Shown here: positions 1-10,936 of the stretch, one piece after another | Position numbering within the stretch: position 1 is the first letter of the stretch | Layout: each line of letters begins with the position of its first letter | Origin: Antedon mediterranea | Taxonomy: Eukaryota; Animalia; Echinodermata | Reading direction: 5' to 3' | Assembly (NCBI RefSeq): GCF_964355755.1 | Contig: NC_092679.1 | Coordinates: 6,974,201 to 7,038,200 of the forward strand | DNA: 64,000 nt | Position numbers and translations under genes: made by a program | Notes under the pieces: model-generated | What the model was told of the DNA's origin: nothing | Databases searched by the model: none | Seen by the model: only the letters and a program-made list of their open reading frames with translations

Positions 1-125
1 TTTTAATGTATTATAGTCCCGCGGTACGTACATTTGAAATCATCAGTTTTTTTGTGCTGAAATTTCTGTGTATTCAAGAACCATCTGTGGGCATGAGCTA
101 GATGGTACGCGAGCGTACCATTTAG
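1..125 (+). mobile_element. 3' end of non-autonomous Helitron (same family as 4563-5854)
   Basis: Aligns by eye with 5725-5854 and ends in the hairpin ctagatggtacgc/gcgtacca followed by ttag|t. Confidence 0.75.
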
Positions 126-299
126 TAAGACATAATTTAACGTAACATGCAAACAAATCTCAATAAACCGGCAAAATTGAATAAAGTACTATTGTTACCG
201 ATGCTGATAGCCTAACCACACTCCTCCTATGGCTCGATCAGAACAGACCAAATGTTTTAAAATACTACTACTGTATTTCCTAATTCATAATGAACTTAC

Positions 300-3200
300 A
301 ACAATTCTCCTCATCTGATGAATCCTTACAATGACTAACGCCATCGCAAACATAGAATTCTGAAATACATTGCGTTTCTATGTAACTTTCGCATCGGAAT
401 TGATATGCATTACATTCCTGGTCATCTACAGAATCAAAAAAAGAACGTTGAGTTTGAAGCATAGAGATATTAATTAAACTTAAAACGTAAGTGAAATATT
501 TTATATAAACATTAATTATTTTACTTATCCCAATAGATATGTAGGTATTTTCCTTAAATTGTATTTACTTAGATAGAGGATTTTTATCATTTTTATGGTA
601 GGCCTAAATGTTTCAATTAGCCTAAAATGCGAATGGTGGCTATACGGCCACTGGGGGCGTACTGTATTTTAAATCAAGGCTATATAATTACCAAGTAAAT
701 GAGACGTTTCTCTCTAAAAATTCTCAGTTAGGACTGTGAAGTTTGAACGATTGTCATTAAGTATTTAAAATCATAGAGATACAGTTAGGGCTATATTAAA
801 GAAACAAGCCCATAACATGACACACCAATTGATTGATTCATTACTCATAATCTTGCATCACATCAGTGAATTTTGTATTAGCTCCCAAACTAAACAATAG
901 GCCTATAATAATGCGTTTAAAGATAAAATTACTAAACCTACTGCACATGAGTTCATCCGATCCATCATCACAATCTTCATATCCATCGCATACGAAGGCC
1001 GTGGGCGAACATTCACCACTTAAACATTGGGTTTGTTGATCATTACATACATATTGCGCTGTAACAGCAAATTGTATACAATATTATAATTATTATTATT
1101 TTTGACCGTCTATAACCGAACGCGCCTGCGATATGTGATATATACAAAAGCGCATGATACATTGTATATAACTTCGTTATTCTTTCAAAACCTCGTAGGC
1201 CTATTTATACAGAACATGATAAAAAGTTATTTATCGTGCTTATAAACTCTCATTTGCGGCTTAGGGAGTGGAGTTGAAATGGTAGTGAGTTACAACTAAA
1301 CCCTGGCACTAGTTATATAATAATGTAACCGAGGATGCTTACAACAATTAATCTCGTCGCTGCCATCACCGCAATCCTCGACAATATCACATATATAACC
1401 TTTGGCTATGCAGTTTCCAAAACGACACTGAAATTGTCCGGGGTTACATTCGTTACCTAATTACACAAAAGCAATGTTAAAGATGTATGTTTTAAAATGC
1501 CATTTTAATGTCACATAATAGTTATTCATTTTGTTCAAAAAATTGGATCGCAAAACAAATTATTTGCCGGGAAAACTGTAATTTAAAGCGAGTCAATTGA
1601 ATGTAATCGTTTATTGTCTTTTTATCAGTAAAAAACACTTTTTTTTCGACGAAGGTGATTAACATTATTAAATCTGCAAAATTACCTATTCAAAATAACC
1701 TTCATTTCTCATGTTTTTGGGGAATATTTTGTGTTTATTACAACAGTAATACAAAATATAGAACAAATCGCAACATTTCAATCCAAAGTTATGACGTCAC
1801 AGTCCGACACAATAACTTTTTCAATCATCGACCTTTTTTTTCCATAATCAAATACATATACAAATACAATAGAAAGATTCAATTCAATTCTATTTATTTT
1901 CATAAGATACATAATTGTGAAATAATATTACAGTATGTTTTTTTTTTAGATTAGAATGCACTTTGCTGGAGAAACATAAATAAGCCCAGAGGGCTTTAGG
2001 GCTAGTTACACCAGAAAAAAAATAATTCAAAAAGTACATATAATAAATGTTTCAAAAGTAGTCAATAAATAAATAAATGAAAATAAAATATGAATAAAGA
2101 AATAACAAGAATAAAGAAAAAATAATAAAAAATTTACATACACAAGCACAACAAGACACAGGACAAAAACACGTGACAGAACGAGGACAGAAGGGACCAA
2201 GACGCTGGACAAGAGTTAAAAAACTGGGTTAGAGGATAACGACTGAATTCTTAGGCGAGATCGATTGAATACTTTGATACCAACAATGATTTCTAGCTAA
2301 ACTTGAAGGATTCGAAAGAGTGAAAAGAATTCCATAAAATAGGGCCAGTGGATTTAATTGAGTTTCTTGGCTGTGGAATGGTTATTGATTGGGATATATT
2401 TATTAGATTTGCGGGTGTTATAATTGTGAACTTCGTTGTTTTTTTGTAAAGAATCGGTTAAATGTGATAGGAAGTTTCTGATTACTAAATTTGTGCATGA
2501 ACAAAGCAGTCTGTAATTTATTTATGTCGAAGATGTTAAAAGTTTTTACTTTGTAGAAAAGGGGTTTGGAATGAGTGAGGGGTTGGGAATGGGTACAGAT
2601 GCGGATCGCCTTTTTTTGTAGTTTAAAAAGTCTGTCAAGTCTTGTTGTTTCTGTGCTAGTCCATGGACAAAGTGTTTGGTGTTTAGAATGTGTGACAGCC
2701 CAAGCAATGTTGCAATAATTAATATGTGGCAGGATAATTAGGGTATTATAAAGGGAAAGTAAAATGTTTTGTGGGAAAGTGAATTTGAGTTTGTTTATTA
2801 TACCTATAGATCGAGAGATTGTGTTGGAAATTGTATTAATGTGACGCTTCCAGTTCAGTTTGTTGTCAATTGTCACTCCAAGGAATTACTATTTAAGAAG
2901 TGAATAAAGTTAGTTTTATCAATGTTTAATGAAAGTTTGTTAGTTTTCAACCAGTTTGAGACGTGGTGAATTTCGGAATTAAAAGTTGAAATTAATTGGT
3001 TACGGTCGGGATAAGAGATGAAAATATTGGAATCGTCGGCAAAAAGAACATAAGAAAAAGAACTTGAGGCTTGTTGGATATCATTGATGTAAATGAGGAA
3101 AAGGAGAGGTCCGAGTATAGATCTTTGGGGGACACCACAAGTCATAGGAAGGCAGCACGAGGAGTGAGAGTTAAAGGATGTGATTTGGGTTCAGTTTTGG

Positions 3201-6200
3201 AGGTAGTCCGAGAGTAGAGAGTAGGGAGTCCCACGAATACCATAGTTATAAAGTTTAGATAGTTTGATGGAATGATCAATTGTGTCGAAGGCTTTAGAAA
3301 GGTCAAGGAATAAGCCGATTGTGTGATGATGTTCAGAGAGGGCAGAGGAGATTTTGTTAAAGATATCGAGAACGGCAAGATCAGTGGAGTAGTTTGGTCT
3401 GAAGCCACATTGGTTGTCTTGAAGAATATTGTGATTGTGAAAAAAAGTTAAAAAGTCTATTATATATAAGACGTTCGATTATATTTGAAAAACACGATAG
3501 TAGAGAGATGGGACGATAGTTTGCAAAAGAGTGAGGGTTTCCTTTTTTATAAATTGGGATAATTTTAGAAGTTTTTAACTTAGGCTGTAGGGAATTTTCC
3601 GGTAGACAAGCACAGATTGAAGATGTATGTTAACTGTTCCGAAATTAGAGGTGCAATGTCTTTAACTACTTTTGGAGAAATATCATCAAGGCCCGGACTT
3701 TTACTGTTTTTGAATTTTGAGGTTATGTCAATAATTTCTTTTTTAGAAGTAGGAGCGAAAAAATTGAGTTTTTAATAGGATCTTTTAGAAAATCAGAATG
3801 GCTCCCGGAATGTTTGAGGCATACGTAGGACCTATTTCTGCAAAGTATCGGTTAAAATTAGTAGCAATATCTACGGGGTCGGTGAAGTTTACTTTGGCAT
3901 TGGTTGTGGGTTCGTTTGATGTGTTCAATAGAAGAAATACAGGAAAGTGATCAGTTATGTCGTTGAAAAGAACTCCTGGAGTGATGTTGTGTTTTATTAC
4001 GTTAGTGAAAATGTTGTCGATGAGGGTGGATGATTTGGTCGTAATTCTTGTAGCGTTGTCAATAAGAGAATATAGAGAGGCAGCGTACATTGTATTCAGA
4101 AAGTCATTGGTGGTTCCGTGGGTTGAGGAATTTAAAAGATCAAGATTAAAATCTCCACAAATGAACAAATGTTTATTCTCTTTAGACAAGGTATCAATTG
4201 AGGTAGATAGGTTGTTGTTGAATGTATGAATTGAGCTGTTGGGCGATCTATAAACGATTTCTATAAAAAGTGATTCGCATGATTGGTTAGATGTCAGGTT
4301 GATATCATGTCTGATCTTAAATTTTAGATCATTCGAAATGTACAAGGCAACTCCTCCGCCTTTCTTTCCTTTGCGGTCGGATTAGGCCATTGTATATCCT
4401 TGGATGTTAGTAAGTGGAGGAGGAGCATTGTTATTATTGAACCAGGTTTCACTGAATCCTATTATTGAAAATTTATGATTAAGAGTGTAAAGATAGTCAG
4501 TTATAGAATCAATATTTTTGGTTAGGCTACGGGAATGCATGTGTATTATACTGAATTTGTTATCTATATATAAATTTACGTAAGGGCAAAATTCGGTAAA
4601 TCGCGCCTTACTTCTAGAATTTTTACTCGATGGTATATAAAGTTGGTTCGTACTTTCGGTACTGATTTTAACCACCTGATGTAACCCTGTTTACTAATTA
4701 AATTATGTTAGATAATTAGTTATTGACGATTAAAACGAATTTAGGTTCAACGATTTGCCCCAAATAGGTGAGTTTTCCGATCGTGGTATACACTGTCTAA
4801 TGGATGTCCATCTTGAAAAATACCCGCCACAAAAATGCGAGGAGGCTTCGCATTTTCCTATCTCCTCCTACGATAATTGTTTTTAATAGCTGAAAACCGG
4901 TTGAACAGCTAGAGTACAGCATCATAATGTTGAAGACAGGCCGATTTTCTTTAAAAAATACTATTTTGATAGATTTAATATACGATTATACAAATGTATT
5001 GATTTGCGATGAATGGAACATCCCAATCTCTCAGTCTGCCAGAGTTTGGTTTAACACAAGTAGGTAAATATATGGGCCCTTTGAGAATAAACTTGCAATA
5101 CTTTGACAATACTGTAAATACTAACTATTTTTGGTCCTCATTTGAATCGAGCATTTCTTACTGTGAATGTTCGTACTGTTAGATGTAATATAAAAATATA
5201 TACAAATAAACTTTATTACTGAGATTGTGGATAGGCTCTACTGTTAGATATATAAACACATTATTATATACAAATAAACTTTATACTGACAGTTCCTTCT
5301 CAACGTTTGTATTAATTAATAATTACCAAAAATATAAACGTCGTAGTGGTGTCGTGTACTTTAATATTTCAATCGATTATGACAGTGACAGTTTTAACAA
5401 AGTATTAAATCGCAAATGTTTTACTGTATTTAGATGTAGGCCTATATTATTTATAGGCCTATAAAACATGAAAGAAATATTTCGTTTCTGAGTGGATAAA
5501 GAATATATTTAAAAATTGTTCTTCTTTGTACCTATCCGCTTTCTCATCCCTCAACCCTAATGTTACATACAAAACACAAATTGGGTTTCTTTAAATGAGT
5601 CCAAATAAAAAATTTGGACTCATTTTGTGATAAGTTTCTGCTTCGGAAGTAATTCCCAGGGTGCTAATTTTAGTTGACTACATAAATCATCGTGTCTATT
5701 TATTCGTTTCTGTAAACGACAATGTATTATACTGTAGTCCTGCGGTACGTACATTTGAAATCGCCAGTTTTCTTACGCTGAAATTACTGTGTATTCGAGA
5801 ACCATCTGTGGGTACACCTAGATGGTACGCGAGCGAAGCGAGCGTACCATCTAGTCATTAGTAAATCTGGTATTAAATGTATCATTAAAGTAGTATTCTC
5901 AGGTATCGTTGTTGACTAAATAGTCATTATAATCGTCAGTGTTGTTAATTGTTCTATTTAGTTCGAATGGGTTAATATTTAGGTGTTTTAATTTTGAGAA
6001 ATTAATTAATTGATCGTGATTAAGTTGGCTTATTTCATGTTGGAATTCTTCGTCGTCATCGATGTGGTTGAAAGGAAGTAGATTGCTTAAGCATTTATAA
6101 CAGTAGTAGGGGTTGTAAGGGTTAGAAGATAAACAGTTAGGGAGAACAGTGTTGTGACATATTGCACAGCAGGTATGGGCGTCTAAAGGGATAAAGTACA

Positions 6201-6738
6201 CTTATTACAGTACATAACAATAATATAGATAAAAAAAAGAAACAAATTGATTGGTTACAAACAAAATAAGAAAAAAGGACGATTATTAATTACAATTACA
6301 ATATGTTAAGAAATGGGATATAAAATAAGCACAAGTGCTCTAAACATGTAACTCTAACAAATTACAACAAACATTAGTACAAAAAAAAAACAAAATGTGA
6401 ATACTTAATTTAATAACACTTGATGTACTGACCAATAAATATAACGTTAAATAAAGTGCAAAAAACACCTCCTCCCGCCCCACATCACCATATTATTCCT
6501 TTCTTAACACTGATAATTTGTAGTGCGGCCGTTTTCTTAAATAAAAGCTTTAGAACTAACTATAAACAAAACAAAGGACTTCCCGTTTTAAGTCCTTATC
6601 CGAAAAATCTGTTATACCACCAAAACAATGGCACCTCGGCCTCCCTTTCCTCCTTTTGGAACTATTTAAAATGATATATAAACACTTACCAAATGCATGA
6701 TATACACCTATGAAATAGAGGAAAGTGTATTTCCACAT
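300..6738 (-). CDS. LDLa-repeat receptor, paralogue B (5' part; likely adhesion GPCR continuing off the left edge)
   Basis: Signal-peptide exon 6690-6738 ([16 protein letters not shown]) and phase-1 LDLa exons 1343-1456, 942-1058, 300-425 with GT-AG sites; exon-by-exon similarity to 40560-40673, 27747-27863, 27246-27362. Confidence 0.8.
1877..6240 (-). mobile_element. Degraded L2/CR1-group LINE (APE + RT), interrupted by a Helitron
   Basis: Frameshifted ORF pieces with [35 protein letters not shown]; (GAATT)n tail near 1877; internal deletion near 3895. Confidence 0.9.
4563..5854 (+). mobile_element. Non-autonomous Helitron
   Basis: A|TCTATATATAAA start, 3' hairpin, CTAG|T end, no TSD; removing it restores the LINE frame [17 protein letters not shown]. 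Confidence 0.9.
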
Positions 6739-7559
6739 TCCAATACCGAATTATGACGTCACACGAGTAAAAAAGCTGATAGAAACTGATGAAAAATGAT
6801 TGTCCACTTATACACTTGGTTTTGTCTACATAGTTTGTATTGATAAACAAAATAACATTCATTAGATTAACAAAAACAACCCAACTTCATTTGTGACTTT
6901 AAAATCTGAACACTTTACGCACAACTGATGATTTATAACGCAGTCTTTTCTCACCAAATAGAAGCAAACCATTAGAACCGACCAACCAGTATGAACAAAA
7001 AGTCAATTTTCATTTTTAGTAATCAGGTATAAATGACGTGCCTTAATGGTTATCAAATGAATAATCGGACAAGGGGAGTTGGTAACAACATATGATAGTT
7101 ATTGTTTTTGAAAATGAAATATTATATTGCCAAAAATAGAAACTCATTGAAAACACAATGTACACTCAAAATTGAGAGTACACAACAGCAATTGCAATTT
7201 AATGATATTCATGGGAAATATTTAATATTGATTTATTCTATTTTACTGTATTTTAATTTCCCACATTGAAGGATGAACACAGTTTTTCTTTTTACATCTG
7301 CATGATATTTCACAAAAAAGGCCGAACTGTAAGCAAACAGCGTTCTAAAAATCAACCGGGAAACATGGTCTTATATTCTTTTGCCATTGCTCAGTTCAGT
7401 TCATACATTCAACATAAGATTCCTAAATAAATAGAAATAATCATAATCAATCATAAGCATTATTCCTAGAATTACTCGTTTGCGGACGTTGAAGAAATCA
7501 GGAATTGTATTTCTTTATTATACAATATAATATATTAAACAAAATAAAAGAACGAATTA

Positions 7560-7965
7560 ATAGACGCTTACTATATAACTTTACAATAAAATTTAATGAC
7601 AAAAAACAAGAAGATCGACGTTTCGGAACCATCATGGAACCATTTTCAAGATCAAGTGATTGAATTATACAAAAATAACAAACACCAAAGGGTGACAGGA
7701 AATACTAATTAATTGGTTAATTAACAACAACGAAGGCCTACAATTCTAAGAACTTAAGTTATTAAGCTCCTCCTTAATTAATTTAACAATTTAGCTTTGA
7801 CTGAATCGCTTTGTTTATTAAGTGTAGGTTTCAGTTCTTTGATCCAGAGCATTTCCTTAATTAAACAATCAAATTTGGATTTGCACTTAGACAATATCCT
7901 GAAATGATTAAAAGTTTCAATAGGACTTATAATTATGTTGCTTTAAATGCTCTCCTATGGTGCCT
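7560..7965 (-). mobile_element. Penelope-like element 3' fragment (GIY-YIG C-terminus plus pLTR)
   Basis: Minus translation NHFRILSKCKSKFDCLIKEMLWIKELKPTLNKQSDSVKAKLLN*, followed by a hammerhead-like motif. Confidence 0.8.
7613..7653 (-). ncRNA. Minimal type I hammerhead ribozyme, U3-A8 core variant
   Basis: GATC-TTGAAAA-T-GGTTCCATGATGGTTCC-GAAACGTC-GATC: stem I, core, imperfect stem II, palindromic minimal stem III. Confidence 0.6.
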
Positions 7966-8564
7966 AAATAAAAGAAGACAAAAATATCATCATTATCATT
8001 TAAAATAAACAATGTGACCCTTGATGAATTCCTTATAGATCTTTCGATAGTGTCTTGTTTTCGTTTGGTTTACTCAATAATAATTTAAATGTTTGAAATA
8101 AGTAAGTCCTTTAACCAAAAGACTAAATAATAACAAATGGCTGCTTAATTGTATATCATTTGTTTATTGAAAGATCTGGCTAATTTTTAAATACAAATTG
8201 ACTTACATTTTATTGATATAAAGTTTGGGGTACACCGCTAACTTTATATGAACACTTGATATCGACATGTAAACATTTAAACAATGTAGGATAGCTTTCA
8301 TTTTTATTATGAATAGTATTACTATTAGTATAGTAAATTATCAAGTGCCGTATTCAGGACATGTTTACCTTCATGATGGGCTAAATTTACTTCTTCTAAC
8401 TGTACATAATAAGTTTATCTCTATAAATTGAACAGTGCGAATTAGTTCCTTTACTGTGGCTGGTTTAGATAATCCTGTCCGTCAAGTTTTAATAATATTT
8501 ACAATGTGCTTGTGACGTAAAATACAACATTAATTAGATCTACAAGTTAAATCCAAAATTTAAA

Positions 8565-8830
8565 TTACTCGTTCTCCTTTTTTATGATGGACGTTAAACG
8601 TGTGTTAATAGTATTAGAACTGGTTTTATCAAATACAGGTCCTATTTTGTTGTTCAAACTCTTCACATTTGCTTATAGTAAAGTACGTGTTAATTGTTTA
8701 AAAAATACAGAAATACAAATGTCAGTAGTTAGTCATTGATTATGACGTACACTTGCCCAAAGTCTGTAATTATTGTCTTTTAATTATATAGCCATATATC
8801 GATTTTTGTCTGAAAACTATGATCCGGGCA
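8565..8830 (-). pseudogene. Duplicated relic of the last exon and flanking intron of gene A
   Basis: Direct, diverged copy of ~10900-11240 with the acceptor region deleted. Confidence 0.75.
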
Positions 8831-8844
8831 TTAACACACACACA

Positions 8845-8887
<43 letters not shown>

Positions 8888-9035
8888 CAATGATGTTGCG
8901 TAGCACTGTGTAAATTATATATAAATCATACTGTAAATTATAGAAACAGTGCTCATATTCGGAACATGATCTCATAATCGCGTCGAGCATAGCTCATTGG
9001 CGAAAGTTCCGTATTTTTTAGTTGTATGAAAAAAT

Positions 9036-9106
9036 GTCTCTGGCGGGATTCGAACCTGCAACCTCTCGCTTACAGGGCGAGTATCATACCACTAGACCAC
9101 AGAGCC
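9036..9106 (-). tRNA. tRNA-like gene, Pro-type body, anticodon TGT (probable pseudo-tRNA/SINE head)
   Basis: Cloverleaf; A box TGGTCTAGTGG, B box GGTTCGAATCC; G2:A71 and T-stem mismatches, C33; T6 terminator. Confidence 0.7.
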
Positions 9107-9402
9107 ATGTATGGTATTATCACAGATTTTTACCCACCAGATACATTCTCTCATACAACAAACGCCCTCACAATCAGTGGAGGCTTAACAAGTCAGAATA
9201 AATTCCAACTTTAATTCGCAACGGTTTTTTAAATAATATTGTGTATATGTAAATCAATGATGTTGCGTAGCACTGTGTAAATTATATATAAATCATACTG
9301 TAAATTATAGAAACAGTGCTCATATTCGGAACATGATCTCATAATCGCGTCGAGCATAGCTCATTGGCGAAAGTTCCGTATTTTTTAGTTGTATGAAAAA
9401 AT

Positions 9403-9473
9403 GTCTCTGGCGGGATTCGAACCTGCAACCTCTCGCTTACAGGGCGAGTATCATACCACTAGACCACAGAGCC
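9403..9473 (-). tRNA. tRNA-like gene copy 2
   Basis: Identical to 9036-9106. Confidence 0.7.
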
Positions 9474-9836
9474 ATGTATGGTATTATCACAGATTTTTAC
9501 CCACCAGATACATTCTCTCATACAACAAACGCCCTCACAATCAGTGGAGGCTTAACAAGTCAGAATAAATTCCAACTTTAATTCGCAACGGTTTTTTAAA
9601 TAATATTGTGTATATGTAAATCAATGATGTTGCGTAGCACTGTACATATTATATATATATAATTTACACAGTGCTACGCAACATCATTGATTTACATATA
9701 CAAAATATTATTTAAAAACCGTTGCGAATTAAAGTTGGAATTTATTCTGACTTGTTAAGCCTCCACTGATTGTGAGGGCGTTTGTTGTATGAGAGAATGT
9801 ATCTGGTGGGTGAAAATCTGTGATAATACCATACAT

Positions 9837-9907
9837 GGCTCTGTGGTCTAGTGGTATGATACTCGCCCTGTAAGCGAGAGGTTGCAGGTTCGAATCCAGC
9901 CAGAGAC
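9837..9907 (+). tRNA. tRNA-like gene copy 3
   Basis: Same cloverleaf with one T-stem difference from copies 1-2; followed by TTTTTT. Confidence 0.7.
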
Positions 9908-10203
9908 ATTTTTTCATACAACTAAAAAATATGGAACTTTCGCCAAATGAGCTATGCTCGACGCGATTATGAGATCATGTTCCGAATATGAGCACTGTTT
10001 CTATAATTTACAGTATGATTTATATATAATTTACACAGTGCTACGCAACATCATTGATTTACATATACAAAATATTATTTAAAAACCGTTGCGAATTAAA
10101 GTTGGAATTTATTCTGACTTGTTAAGCCTCCACTGATTGTGAGGGCGTTTGTTGTATGAGAGAATGTATCTGGTGGGTGAAAATCTGTGATAATACCATA
10201 CAT

Positions 10204-10274
10204 GGCTCTGTGGTCTAGTGGTATGATACTCGCCCTGTAAGCGAGAGGTTGCAGGTTCGAATCCAGCCAGAGAC
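10204..10274 (+). tRNA. tRNA-like gene copy 4
   Basis: Identical to copy 3. Confidence 0.7.
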
Positions 10275-10570
10275 ATTTTTTCATACAACTAAAAAATATG
10301 GAACTTTCGCCAAATGAGCTATGCTCGACGCGATTATGAGATCATGTTCCGAATATGAGCACTGTTTCTATAATTTACAGTATGATTTATATATAATTTA
10401 CACAGTGCTACGCAACATCATTGATTTACATATACAAAATATTATTTAAAAACCGTTGCGAATTAAAGTTGGAATTTATTCTGACTTGTTAAGCCTCCAC
10501 TGATTGTGAGGGCGTTTGTTGTATGAGAGAATGTATCTGGTGGGTGAAAATCTGTGATAATACCATACAT

Positions 10571-10641
10571 GGCTCTGTGGTCTAGTGGTATGATACTCGC
10601 CCTGTAAGCGAGAGGTTGCAGGTTCGAATCCAGCCAGAGAC
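10571..10641 (+). tRNA. tRNA-like gene copy 5
   Basis: Identical to copy 3. Confidence 0.7.
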
Positions 10642-10751
10642 ATTTTTTCATACAACTAAAAAATATGGAACTTTCGCCAAATGAGCTATGCTCGACGCGA
10701 TTATGAGATCATGTTCCGAATATGAGCACTGTTTCTATAATTTACAGTATG

Positions 10752-10795
<44 letters not shown>

Positions 10796-10797
<2 letters not shown>

Positions 10798-10866
10798 CCA
10801 AGAGAAATCTTATGTAGGAGAATGTTACAGTAGGCGGAGATGTGCACTCTCGGAGTGGCTTTCTAG
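10796..10866 (+). mobile_element. Helitron-like 3' end
   Basis: Hairpin cactctcggagtg then CTAG|T; related copy inverted at 42952-43020. Confidence 0.65.
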
Positions 10867-10936
10867 TTGCGAACAGTTCGTTAATATATTTCTTTACAAA
10901 TTACTCGTCCTCCACTTCTTTCATTTAGAGGGACGT

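Larger units (their letters stand above)
8849..10795. repeat. Palindromic array of 367-bp units (2 copies one way, 3 the other) bounded by (TA)n
   Basis: Exact 367 period in each arm; inversion centre ~9645-9660; (TA)n at 8849-8884 and 10756-10795. Confidence 0.95.

Noticed and set aside
9026-10651. Five copies of a 62-aa ORF (MKKCLW...)
   Set aside because: Antisense reading of the tRNA-like repeat (RDSNLQP is the reverse B box); no sign of real coding
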